A DNA stretch of 64,000 nt from the NCBI GenBank assembly GCA_000004985.1, contig GG738866.1; one strand, given 5' to 3'. Positions 23,457 to 34,727 of the stretch are shown one piece after another (the stretch's first letter is position 1; each line of letters begins with the position of its first letter). The notes under the pieces were generated by a model. The model ran no database searches, was not told the origin of the DNA, and saw nothing but the letters and a program-made list of their open reading frames with translations. The position numbers and the translations under genes were made by a program. This DNA is from Naegleria gruberi. Its lineage: Eukaryota.

Positions 23457-24969
23457 TTAAACAATAATGTCAGAACCGAGAGCCTTAACCAAGTTGGCAA
23501 CAGCAGCCATTTGAGAACCTTGCTTGTTAGCAAAGTTTTGACCACTGTAAGCAAACCAATCCCAACACCCATTAGGATTGGAGAACATTTGACCACTTGA
23601 AACTTGTGGATAGACTACAATGATATTACTTCTTTCAGCAACTTCATTCAAACCAGTGTGTTGAACGAATTGTTCTTGAACATAAGAAGCACCTTGCTCA
23701 CAACCGTGGAAAGAAACGTGAATCTTACATTGAGTATTTTGTTGACAAGCAGTTGGAATGTAAATATAACCCTTGCTGTCCATGTCAGTGCCAGAGAAGG
23801 AATTAGATTGGTCATAAGTGAACAAGTTAGAATCTTGAGCCTTACCAACAGTAACGTTACCATAGATGGCACCCAAAACACGTTGACCACCTGGGAAGTT
23901 ACAATTGTTAATCCATGGGCTTTGAGTAATTGAACAATCATTACCATAGTCATTGGTAATCCAAGCGTGACCAGCTGGAACAGTGAAAGTAGCATTAATG
24001 TTAGCAGCAGGAACACCCAACTTTCTATATTGTTCAAAGAGAGCCTTCATGACAGATGGGTTGACAGTATTGTCAGAGGTACCACTGAACATAAAGACTT
24101 TGTGATTCTTAATGTTGGCAATTGGATCAATGACATTTTGAGAAGCATATTGTTGCAAGGTTTGTTGCAAAGAATCCAAATCAATTGGGAGAGCAGCATA
24201 CATACATTGGTCAAAAGCATAGGCCATTTGTCCTTGAGAACAGAAGAATGGACCACCTTTGAATTGTTAAAAGCCAAAATTAAATTCATCACCACACAGT
24301 AACCATTTTCACACAGCACAGTAAGGACAAACAAGAGAATCAATTGAATTTCCAATACATGGAGTAACATATTCAGTGATGGACAAATACAGAGAAATTC
24401 ACGAATAAAGTTTCAATTACATTTTGAGACAGCAGTGAGCAAAAACGCGAAATTCCAAAATATGGACAATTTTCATACAACCCAGACCACATCAAAAAAA
24501 CAGAATCATTCACCATTAAAAAATTGAATCAACACACATTGTCATTCATGTAATTGAAAAGATGACAAAAAGATGACAGTGAGAGTGAAGGAAATGAGAG
24601 AAGGATGTAGGATAAGGATATGAGAAAACATATCATCATAATAGTGAAATAATACGAAATATATTATAATATTCAATTGAATATTTGTTAATCATCATTA
24701 CTAATAACAAACTTACCAGCAAAAACACCAGCACCAACAATAGCAGCAGAATAAGCCATTTGGAATTGAACAGCCATGAAGCCTCCGCTAGAAATACCAC
24801 TAACAGACAATGAATGTGGTTGAATATTAAGTTTTTTAATAACAACATTTGATCTTCCGGCCATTGGTGAAGAAGTCTTTTGGATGTTCAACTTTAAAGC
24901 ACTTGTCATGGATACCACCATCAACAAGACAAGCACGAGAGCAAAAACAGCGAATGATGAAACTTTCAT
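23457..24969 (-). CDS. Secreted esterase of the PHB-depolymerase family (Esterase_PHB-like), 2 exons
   Basis: Proposed exons (minus strand) 24969..24717 and 24256..23457. Exon 1 has a signal peptide 'MKVSSFAVFALVLVLLMVVSMTSA' and the nucleophile elbow 'GISSGG' (GxSxG). Donor GTAAGT falls right after '...AGVFAG' (phase 1). Exon 2 carries 'NPNGCWDWFAYSG' and other family motifs. The acceptor I prefer gives the junction '...VFAG|GPFFCSQGQMAYAFD', with a ~460-nt intron; an alternative in-frame acceptor lies 24 nt further downstream. Confidence 0.65.
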
Positions 24970-25563
24970 ATTTTTTAAAACGTTTTTTTTATGATTTCGC
25001 GTTTGTATTCGTTTTTCGCCATAAATGATGCTTGAATATTCGCTTTGGAAAGAAGAAACAAAGTTATTGGATTGGAAAGAAGATTGTGGAATAAAGGAAA
25101 GAGAAGGTTATATAATATTGTTGGAGATTGATATTTTAACTAATAATATTTATTTTAAAGATATGTTGAACCGGTAGTTAGGAGTTGAAACTCCTGTTGT
25201 GGTTCCCTAAGGACTTATAATCATCAGAAAAGATCACTTATACAGCCTTAATAAAAATGTTCAAATGTATTCTACAAATAATATTCTACAAAACTCTCTT
25301 GCTATTCTATAAAAACATGATACTTCTCATTATAAATTGTAAATTGTTGGGTGAAACTTTTCAAAAAGCGGATGGATCGGTTAGAGGCGATTTGATTTTG
25401 CTAGAATAAGATCAAATTGTTGTGTCATGAAATTACTAGTATTTAATACTGGAGTCATATAGATAGGAGGAATAGTACACCAGAAGGTGTTGAAATCCTT
25501 CCGATATCCTACCACATTAATATCATCACAATTAAAACAAAGATACCGAAAAAAACGATCATC

Positions 25564-27435
25564 ATGAGCAGTAATAATACTACGCACTCACCAGAATCAT
25601 CATCATCTTCTCCTAACGGCAATATTCATCCGATTGCTTGTATTGCTTGTAGAAAAAGCCATCGGTATGTATTATACAGAATTAACAATTAATTTAAATA
25701 ATAATGAATAACACTATTAATATTTAAATTAATCGTTAATAATATTACATTACGTTATATATTAATAATACTATTTAAATAATAATTATATAGTAAATGT
25801 GACCGATCACTACCAATATGTAAAGAATGTAAATCACGAGGAAGAGAATGTTGCTATCCACCACCCATGAAGAAAGGTCCTCAGCCTAAAACCTCATCAC
25901 CCGAACAACACTCACCTTCTTCATCAGCCTCTTCTCTTGATAAAACCTCTCATCAAGTTTATAATACTTCTTCTTCATCATCATCAATTAAATCAACAAG
26001 TTTATCATCACATAGACACAATCCCTATCAAACAACAACACCTTCATCATTACCTTCCTCTCATTATGACATTTCTAATAATTCATCAGAACCTGCACCA
26101 TTCAATTATCAAATCATTGATTTATACTTTGATGTTGTGAGTGTTGGTTGTCCTGTTTTACAAAGAGATGCCATGTTGATGATTTGTTCGAAAAGACCTG
26201 AGGAAAATTCAAAGGCTGAGGAAGTGGCAATGCTCTATGCTATTCAAGCATTGTGTTATCAAAGATTGGGAAGAAAACTGGAAGGAAGGGCATCTTTCAA
26301 AATGGCAAGAAAATTCCTGTCGGATGTTTTTGACATTTTGGATAATTTTCAAATTGCTGCTACATTTCTATATCTTGCAAATTTTTGTATTGGAGAAGGA
26401 GAACCAAATCAGGCCAAGTATTATTTGAATAGTGTTCAATTTTTCATTGATCAAAATAAGGAACAATTGGCAAATGATGAATTGTTTGGAAATTTGTGTA
26501 AAATGTTCATGTATATTGGATTGTTAATGAAGGAGGATGCTGTTATCTTCTCCAATGATGAAGGTCTTCAAGAAGGGGTTGGCACAGATTTAAAGAAACA
26601 ACTCATTCTTTCAGAGAAGGCTCTTGTAGTCATTTATCAATTCTTTGTCTTTTTCACACAACATATTTCAGATGGTGAGTGTGGAAAGACAGTTCCACCA
26701 TCTACTTCTGAAAGTATTTTACAGGAATACATTCTAACAATCAATAGTCAGGCAATACAATACAATAGATATCAATTGGAGAGCTCTCCAGCCAAATCAA
26801 GTGTTCACAAACTTTTACACTTGTTTATCATTGATGGATTGAGATTGGGAATATTATTGAAATCACCTAATAATGCTGATGACGCTATCATTGAAATTGC
26901 CAACAGAGTCACCAATTATTCCACCTTAATGTACTTTCCTTATTTACCTTCCCATATTATCTCTGTTGTCGCTAATGCAGCAAGAGTTCACCTGGCAATT
27001 GTAAAACAAATACAAAGAAGGGAGCGATTTGATAATGGCGTGGATTACCATGACATTATTAGGAAAGATCACAGAGCTTTAACCATACTCGCTGACAGAT
27101 ATACCATTGCAGAAAACAAGGCAAGAACTCTTGTTAAACAATTACGTGATGAGTTGGTAGAACGTGAAAATCAATTGGCTAGAATGTACCGACAACCAAC
27201 CCAGCAACAATCTCTGCCTCAATATTCTGCCATTGATTTGCCAAATGTAATTCCAAATGATGAGGAATCTTCACAAAGACTTGAAGAAATGCTTGCCAAT
27301 AATCCTGGTATTGATAAATTGCCACCACTTCCATCATCAAATGAGGAGCAAGCATCTAGTCCATTCCTAGATTTTGACTTTTTCACCCCATCCAATAGTG
27401 AGAATTTCTACACTGACCCACAAATGTTACTGTAA
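25564..27435 (+). CDS. Zn(II)2Cys6 binuclear-cluster transcription factor with fungal-type middle homology region, 2 exons
   Basis: Exons 25564..25664 and 25794..27435; intron 25665..25793 (GTATGT...TATAG, phase 2). The spliced product reads 'ACIACRKSHRKCDRSLPICKECKSRGREC', an exact C-x2-C-x6-C-x6-C-x2-C-x6-C Zn2Cys6 signature. Downstream 'LMICSKRPEE...MLYAIQALCYQRLGRKLEG...AATFLYLANFCIGEG' resembles the Fungal_trans region. Confidence 0.85.
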
Positions 27436-27976
27436 ATATCTTCTTAATTAACATTGCTCTTCTTCCGTTTTAAAACATTCATAAATTTACTGTTTCTTTA
27501 TGCAGAAACCGTTACATATACCCCATTACAAAGTGGCCTCTCATGAGTGGGGAAGGTTCATAAATATTTTAACAATGTCCAATTACAGAAGACATAGTTG
27601 CTATTTGCTTAATTTCACCATATACGGACGCTCTGAAGCAGTCCAGTAAGGAGGGAAACTGAAAACAGATCTAGGAAATACTGGTTTTTTGAACTTTGCA
27701 AAAATAACGTTCCCTTCTTGACATTTCATTTTAACACATTTCACAATTAAGAATTATCATTTATTTTCTTTAATACATCTTCTTTTTAAATACTGGTTCA
27801 TCATTTGCTGGAGAGAGGGTTGTACAAAGAGTTCATCCTGCTTCTCTCAAAAGACCATTAAGGTCCAATTCTGATAACAGGGAAGAACTTTTTAGAGCAG
27901 TAATGGTAATACAGGGAGATAGAGAACCAATTTGAATACTTGTCATGAGAAACAACTGGGTAATGAAATACTTAGT

Positions 27977-28639
27977 TTACTCATCTAATTGTAACATGTG
28001 CGCAAAGTCATTCATCATTTCATTCTCAAAGTCTTCCTCTCTCAATATTACTTTCCTTCGTTCAATCTCTTTTCTCTTCCTAATGTACAAGTACAAGCTA
28101 ATAGCAACAATCATTAAACACAGCACCAGCGATCCAACGATAAGCACCAATCCGAGAAATGAAAAGCCAACAATCTTACCAGTAAGATTTTCATGTATCG
28201 TATGTTGATTCTTTCCTTCTCCCTCTTGATTTCCAATGCTCTGTGATACATTGACATTAATCACCGAGCTATTAGAGGTTGATGGTGAAGGAAGAACCTC
28301 CAGCGTTGATCTAGTATTGGCATTCATCATTCTTCTAAGGAAGGTGTTCTCGCTAGAGTTTGTCTTACTGGGTGTTAGGGCAGAGTTGCTACTTGTTCTG
28401 TACCTCAGTGTTGTATCTCTTGTGGACATGGTAATGTAATTGGAGTGAAACGACGAGTATGATGGGGATGAGGATATGATATTCTTCTTCTTCATTGTTA
28501 TGGTCGAGGACATTGAAGTAAAATATTCGCACCTCACACATGTAGAGTGGAATTGTATAAAGAAAAATATTAAGAGCGACATAATTATGATGGAGTGGTT
28601 AAAGTTCCTCTGAGAGGCTTGTAGGGATCCTATCTTCAT
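27977..28639 (-). CDS. Small type I membrane protein (N-terminal hydrophobic segment, Ser/Thr-rich ectodomain, single TM, short charged tail); function unknown
   Basis: 220-aa ORF. N-terminal hydrophobic 'IIIMSLLIFFFIQF'. Ser/Thr/Asn-rich middle. TM 'IVGFSFLGLVLIVGSLVLCLMIVAISLYLYI' followed by 'RKRKEIERRK'. No recognisable catalytic domain. Confidence 0.45.
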   Translation of the reverse strand: MKIGSLQASQRNFNHSIIIMSLLIFFFIQFHSTCVRCEYFTSMSSTITMKKKNIISSSPSYSSFHSNYITMSTRDTTLRYRTSSNSALTPSKTNSSENTFLRRMMNANTRSTLEVLPSPSTSNSSVINVNVSQSIGNQEGEGKNQHTIHENLTGKIVGFSFLGLVLIVGSLVLCLMIVAISLYLYIRKRKEIERRKVILREEDFENEMMNDFAHMLQLDE

Positions 28640-28849
28640 TCTTAGTGTGGGAGGAGGTTATAAATTATTGTTGTTGTGGTTCAGGAAGTTGTTGGTCGTT
28701 GTAGAACCAAAAAATATTAAGGAGGTGGTCTATTGATGTTCTTTAATTTTTTTTTGACGTTAGAAAAAACCTCAAACCACTGTGGTTTCTCTTCTTCATA
28801 AGCATCCAAAAAAAGAAATGTGAAATATTTATTTGGACGTTTTTAAGGG

Positions 28850-31800
28850 TCATTCTTGTGCTCTGATTGCAGAAATTATTGCCTGATTCAGATCGTCTTT
28901 AGAAATTGGCTTGTTGAGGCACGAATCAATAGAGTCCATATTATTAAACTTGTCCATTAGGGCATCAGCCGTTAAGAGAATAATTTTGACCTTATCACCA
29001 TTTGGCAAGGATCGAATCTCATTTGCTGCGTCAATTCCATTAATGATGGGCATGTGAAGATCCGTTACAATTATAGGGTGATACTCCTTCCTGAAGGCCT
29101 CAATCAACTCGAAACCATTGGCACTTGTTGTGATATTTTTGAATCCACCTTTTTGTAATAGTTTTTTAAGTACAGAAAGATTGATAGGATTGTCCTCAGC
29201 AAGTAATATCTTAGTTTCAAAGATATCAATGCAACCTGTAACGGTGACGGAACTCGTGTTTTCCGTAGTGTTGGTTGTTGTGGTCGTAGTGCTTGTAGTA
29301 ATGGATCCCGTAGAATCTTGTAGAGAATGTTTTGGCGAGGCAGTAGTACTGCTCTTTGATTGTCTCTTCTTCATCATGTACAATTCCTTATGGAGGAGGT
29401 GAGTTTTTTGAATTTCGCTATCAATATTATTTAGAGCATTTGGTATGGTGCCCAAATCATCACTCTTCTTAATGTGAGAGTCGAGCAAAATGGTACTGGC
29501 ACCAGAAGATGAGGTCATACTCTCAGTACTCATCGATTGATTCACAATTGGATTTGTTCTGAGGATTTCTTCAATTTGTTTGAGGGAATTCTTCTTCTTT
29601 TTATCAGGAAGTTGGAATGGAATTGAAATGCAAAATGTAGTACCATGATTTGGTGATGGTTCACAAAGGGTTCTATAGCTAATGCCACCTTTCATGTTGA
29701 TAATAATCTTTCTAAGAATGGTCAATCCAAGGCCTGTGCCAATCACACTACCATCACCATTGTGATTGTGACTGGAGAAGGGTTTGAAGAGTAATTTTTG
29801 AATATCCTTCTGAATACCACATCCATGATCGATAACCTTGAAAACAACAGTCTTGATGGTTGGAGTTTCTTGTTGGAGGAGTGTTTGTGCTGATGATTCA
29901 GTACTGGTGGTACTTGTTGGCTCAATGGATAGATCCTTCCTCTTGACTACTACAATTTCCTTAGCGCTTGATCTTCCATCATCAATGATATCTTCTGGAT
30001 TATCATCCTCGAGTACTTCAACTGCGAGGGTAACAACTTGATTTCTCGAAGAAGCCTTAATTGAGTTGGTTAATAAATTGATAAGAACTTGTTGCAAACG
30101 AACACTCTCTCCCAAAACATAGGACGGAAGGAATTTGCTCGTCACAAAATCAATGGTCACATCAAAGTTAGAAGCATACGAGCTGGCAATGCTTCTCACA
30201 TGTTGTAAACAATCGAAGAGGGAAAAGACAGTCTTGTGGTTTTCAACCTTTTCTTCATTAGTTGTATTTTTACCAAGCATTGAATTGGTGGCAATTTCCA
30301 TGTTTGTCTTTTCAAGTTTTGAATATTGTAAAATATCTTCAATCAGGGTTAACAAGATTGAGGAACAACTTCCAATAGTTTTGATGTAATTAATTTGTTC
30401 AGCATTTAGAGTTGTATCCAATAAGAGTTCAATGCTTCCAGAAATACTCATCTATATTTTTGCATTCAGCAGTGATATATTTGAAATATATTGTTAAATA
30501 TATGATTAGTTTCAAAGGTAGAAAAATATTTGAATCGGGTTATAAAGTTTAAACATACCAATGGAGATCTAAACTCATGAGAAATGGAACTGACAAGTGC
30601 ATTCTTGGAACGATTAGCTTCCTTCAGTTTGCTTGTCATTAACTTCATAGTATTGAGTCTGTTCATTAACTTGTAACTCACCGAATTGAGCATAAAGTTC
30701 AAAACAGTAAGCAAGCAAAAAGTACCAAATGCTTCAACATATCGATTATGGACCACTGACAAAATGATGGCAATACCCACCGAAACAATGTGTTGTGAGA
30801 GGATAACCCACATGATAGCCTCATATGAGTGTACCCTGCAATCCACAAGTGCATTCTGAAGAATAATGTATGAATAATTGTGCACAGTGCTCGAGAGGAA
30901 TCCAATCATTAGCCATCCAACAGTATAATCCTTTGTGCACAACAAAAGTCTAAGGAAGAACACTGCAATATTCACTACAATCATAACTTTGCAAGTGTAG
31001 ACTTCCAACAACCGTTGTTTCTTTGCTGCCAAATAGGAAGCATCTACAGGTGTTCCACTTGAGGAAGAAGAGGATGCTCTCGTGGTGGTGGAGGATGTCG
31101 ACGATGAGCCAACACTTCCAAATCTCCAAAAATCACTTGATGAATAGAATGGAACAGTGTTTGGTTCCTTTTGTCCTTCAGATGTTGATGATGATGGGGG
31201 TAGGGGTGTTGTGAGTGGAATTACACTCTGATCAGAATTGCCACCAACAATATCTTCATGTTCTACAATTTCTCCTAGTGTGGCTGCATCCCTGGATAGA
31301 TGTTTTATGAGCCAAACAACCAATCGTTGTTGTACCAAATTTCTAACATATTTAAAATTGATAACAATGGCAATAATGCATAAAAAGCTCATGCTAATTG
31401 GATAGTCGGTCGAGTAGACAATCAAATAAGCATAACAAAGGAAAAGACAAATCGGAAGGAAGATTTGGTGCAACTTTTCATTCAAGATCATAGCCGAATC
31501 ACCTTGCATAAAGCTTGTATTATTTGATGATTGATTGAGTTGTGGTGAAGTTGCAGAAGGTGGTTCTGTTGGCGAGCCAAAAATACTATTTCTTCTGTCT
31601 TCAATGTTTGCATTGTTACTAATTGCAGGATTATCAGAAACAGACACTCGAACCTTTTTTGATGAAGTTTCTGTTGTTGGTACATTTGTATTATTTCCAG
31701 AGGATTGATAGGTTGATGTTGTTGTAGTTGAAGGGGTGGTAGAAGTATGTACATTGTTAGTAGAAGAAGAATTGTAGTGAGGTGATGTAAAATTAGAGGC

Positions 31801-32409
31801 TGATAAAGAGGAAGCCAGTTCGTCAGCATTGATGGTTGCTCCTGTTGTTGTATCAGGAGAGGATTTTCCAGAACTTGATAAACTCTCATTAGAAGAACAA
31901 GTTGATGAAGTGGAAAGGCTATCATTTCCCGAATCCTTTCTATTGGTATTAATACTTGTTGTTGATGTTTCCACTGTTGGTGAATTTCCTCCAACTAATT
32001 GTGAGGAAGTAGAAGAAGTGTGGCTAATGTGATGATGTTGTATCATGTCTGCTGTTGTGAGTGTAGTTGCACCACCTTCCACTATCGAGGAGGCAACAGA
32101 TTGATCACTGGGCATGATACGATTATTGTTACTTGCTACTTGTGCAGCTCCACTCATCTGGGTGTTTTTCTTTAGTTTTGCATCTATTTGAAGGGTTTCA
32201 AGGAAGTCGTCTTTATGCTTCAACATGTTCTCTTTTGGAGAAAGTTCGTTCAAGGCAAATTTGTTATCGGAATGTACAGTTGAGGGTTTTGTAATATTAA
32301 TTTTTTCTGTCGATTGTAAGTCCCTCATAATGATGAGTTGTTGCTTTCCAATTTGAGGTACAACTAGTGGTGTTATTTTCTTGGGTTGAGTTGCTTGATT
32401 ATTAACCAT
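28850..32409 (-). CDS. Hybrid sensor histidine kinase (multi-TM N-terminal region, HisKA, HATPase_c, C-terminal receiver domain), 2 exons
   Basis: Exons (minus) 32409..30559 and 30451..28850; intron 30452..30558 (107 nt, GTATGT...TATAG, phase 0). The splice rebuilds the H-box: '...SISHEFRSPL|MSISGSIELLLDTTLNAEQ...IEDILQYSKLE'. N-box 'LINLLTNSIK', G1 'VIDHGCGI', G2 'GTGLGLTI'. Receiver domain 'KILLAEDNPINLSVLKKLL...IVTDLHMPIINGIDAANEIR...KIILLTADA'. The N-terminal ~300 aa are Ser/Thr/Asn-rich, followed by 5-6 hydrophobic helices. Confidence 0.85.
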
Positions 32410-32731
32410 CCGATTTGATTAATTTTTCTAATAGGGTGGTATTCTATTCAGAGAACGAGAGAGACGAAGATGTTCAACTGGTAGCTGTATTAAATTGGAT
32501 GAGGTGCTACCGGGAGTTTGAGACTTTTCAAAATTCAACTAAGGAAAAGAGATGATAACCACGAAATTGATTCAAGCACCACCGATGGGAATAACTATTT
32601 CGCTTGGTATTAAAACAAATTTTTAAAAGATGATGGAAATGCAAAGGATATTTGGTGATTGTTATTGAGAGACTTTTTTAGTTTGTTAGAGTCCCTCCAA
32701 AACAATTAAGAGAGATCAAGCCCAATTAAAA

Positions 32732-32765
32732 AAAGAAGGCGGGAAACATAAATAAGTCCAAATAT
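32732..32765. repeat. Copy A of a ~34-nt imperfect direct repeat in the intergenic region
   Basis: 'aaagaaggcgggaaacataaataagtccaaatat' recurs about 320 nt downstream (copy B) with 30 of 34 positions identical. Confidence 0.6.
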
Positions 32766-33055
32766 TTACGAGTTCTCTTTTTACAGAATTCTTTGCAAGT
32801 TTACAAGTTTTGAAAAAAATAGAGGACCTGACAAGTGGTTTTGGGTGTTATTCAAGCATATGGAATAAAATCTGAAATTAAAACATATGAAGTTGTTGGT
32901 GACAATTAGCAACGAACAGAAGAATTAGACAAGTATTCATAATTATCAATTTATAAAGAAGTTTTTTGAAAGGCATTGATAATCTTAATCAAAGACATCA
33001 TTTCGACATGAATTATTTTACAAATGATTCTTTTGCATCCTTCTATAAGTTTAAA

Positions 33056-33089
33056 AAAGAAGGTGAGAAATATAAATAAGGCCAAATAT
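33056..33089. repeat. Copy B of the ~34-nt imperfect direct repeat
   Basis: 'aaagaaggtgagaaatataaataaggccaaatat'. Both copies lie between the start of the histidine-kinase gene and the stop of the sulfiredoxin gene. Confidence 0.6.
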
Positions 33090-33116
33090 GAGCTCAATAA
33101 TTTAGGTTTGATTTAT

Positions 33117-33539
33117 TTACACTTGTTCTTGTTGTTTTTCTTGTAATTGTTTCTTATAATTTTCCTCTTCCACCAAATAACTTGCTCCCAAATACATTTG
33201 CAACATCATTGGTGTGGCATCTCTGATATTCAATTTGATTTGATTCTTTCCGAGTCTACGATGAGCTTCATATCTGTGACAACCTCCAAATACATAGAGT
33301 TTACCAGATGGAGAACGTAATGCTTCCAGTGGTGGTACTTTATCATAATCAGTTTCAATTGTGTTCATGAGTGAGTCAACTTTGCACAGATCCAATTCCG
33401 GGAAGACTGGTCGAGAAATACTATCAATATCTACCATTTGCACATTTTGATAGGTAATATTCATTCGGGATAAGTGATTTAAATTATTGGTGGCTGATTC
33501 ATTAGAAGAGGATGATGGTGAAGATTCTTGTTGAGACAT
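33117..33539 (-). CDS. SRX1: Sulfiredoxin
   Basis: 140-aa ORF with the sulfiredoxin/ParB-like core 'ISRPVFPELDLCKVDSLMNTIETDYDKVPPLEALRSPSGKLYVFGGCHRYEAHRRLGKNQIKLNIRDATPMMLQMYLGAS'. This includes the catalytic 'FGGCHRY' motif. Confidence 0.85.
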   Translation of the reverse strand: MSQQESSPSSSSNESATNNLNHLSRMNITYQNVQMVDIDSISRPVFPELDLCKVDSLMNTIETDYDKVPPLEALRSPSGKLYVFGGCHRYEAHRRLGKNQIKLNIRDATPMMLQMYLGASYLVEEENYKKQLQEKQQEQV

Positions 33540-33839
33540 TTTTCTTAGTGTTGTTATGCTATTTCAACTCCCATTAGTTTGAAGTTTTTAAATAACTCTG
33601 TTACTGTGCAAGGACATGAAAGTCCATCCTTGAGATCGTACGATTTTTACATTTTTACTTCATCATCATGCTCGGAAAATTTAAAGCTAAAAAAATTCTT
33701 CATCATCATTGGAGTTGTTGATAATTTATTATTACCATCATTGACGTCATAATCGGAATAAGAATAGGGACGTTGTTTGATATTCTGGAACAATTTGTAA
33801 ATATATAAATAATTAGAAGAAGAAGAGAAATTTTAGAAA

Positions 33840-34298
33840 ATGTCTTTCGCAGGTGATGATAGATTTTCGGCCACCAATTCTCTCCGAAGGGAATACGATT
33901 CACTTCTTGAACATAAACAATACTTGCTGAAAGAAAATCAAGATCTTAGAGAATTTGATAGACAAATGAATCAAAAATTAACTTCTCATCACGAAGTGTT
34001 GAGAATGTTAACGACCAACATCCAAAGTGTTAAATTGGAAATTCAAAAATTGGAAGGTATCAAGGCACAACTGTTAAATGAGCAATCTTCTAAACTTGTA
34101 CAAGATGCTGAATCTGGCACTAGTGGGAATACTAATAATTTGGATAATCGGCAAGAATCAACAAATAATAATAATAAGGTAACACTGCAGGAAATATTAT
34201 TAACATCATACACCGAGGAAATATTATCCTCCATGGATCATAAGGATATTCTCCACATCATCCAAACACTACAACAAGCAACCAATCAAACAAAGTAA
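33840..34298 (+). CDS. Small coiled-coil protein, function unknown
   Basis: 152-aa ORF with an ATG start. Heptad-like 'LLEHKQYLLKENQDLREFDRQMNQKL...IQSVKLEIQKLEGIKAQLLNEQ'. Asn-rich tail. No recognisable domain. Confidence 0.4.
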   Translation: MSFAGDDRFSATNSLRREYDSLLEHKQYLLKENQDLREFDRQMNQKLTSHHEVLRMLTTNIQSVKLEIQKLEGIKAQLLNEQSSKLVQDAESGTSGNTNNLDNRQESTNNNNKVTLQEILLTSYTEEILSSMDHKDILHIIQTLQQATNQTK

Positions 34299-34356
34299 AG
34301 TGAATTTTTGGAAGTAGAACATCTCAGTTTTGAATGGATTTCAAAATGAATGTAAA

Positions 34357-34430
34357 GCCTTCCTAGCTCAGTTGGCAGTAGCGCTGTCCTAGTAAGACAG
34401 AGGTCTTGGGTTCGATTCCCAAGGGAGGCA
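34357..34430 (+). tRNA. tRNA-Thr (anticodon AGU)
   Basis: 74-nt cloverleaf folded by hand. Acceptor stem GCCTTCC/GGGAGGC (one G-U pair), U8, D-arm with a G18G19-type loop 'AGTTGG', anticodon stem CTGTC/GACAG, loop C-T-AGT-A-A (U33, anticodon AGT), 5-nt variable loop, T-stem TTGGG/CCCAA with loop TTCGATT, discriminator A. The A box 'TAGCTCAGTTGG' and B box 'GGTTCGATTCC' are embedded. No CCA is encoded, which fits a eukaryotic nuclear tRNA. Confidence 0.9.
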
Positions 34431-34433
34431 ATG

Positions 34434-34437
34434 TTTT
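34434..34437 (+). terminator. Oligo-T Pol III termination signal immediately 3' of tRNA-Thr
   Basis: TTTT run 4 nt after the discriminator base ('A atg TTTT gg'). Confidence 0.4.
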
Positions 34438-34727
34438 GGATGTTTAAATTACTTGATCACAATTCTAAGGTTGTAAGGATCCACTTTTTGGACAATGTTT
34501 CTTTTATGTTACACAATCTGTTTTAGAATTTCCCATTATGGAGCGTTCGCTTCAAATTTCAAATCTATCAAAGCAAGTTCACAACAAACAATGGCCACAG
34601 CAACAATGTTGAATCGCTCATTGTTGGTGCAGTTGCATTTTGACCTTTCAGAAATAACTTGATTATTTCGTCGTACTCCACAACCTCACAATTCTCCCAC
34701 ACAGAAACCAAGAACACTTATTAAAAA

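Noticed and set aside
23604-24037. ORFs of 109 aa (plus) and 129 aa (minus) inside the esterase exon 2
   Set aside because: They are alternative frames of a confidently assigned esterase coding region.
25381-25587. 68-aa minus-strand ORF upstream of and overlapping the Zn2Cys6 start
   Set aside because: It overlaps the first exon and start codon of the plus-strand transcription-factor gene and has no motif. It is probably 5' UTR or promoter sequence.
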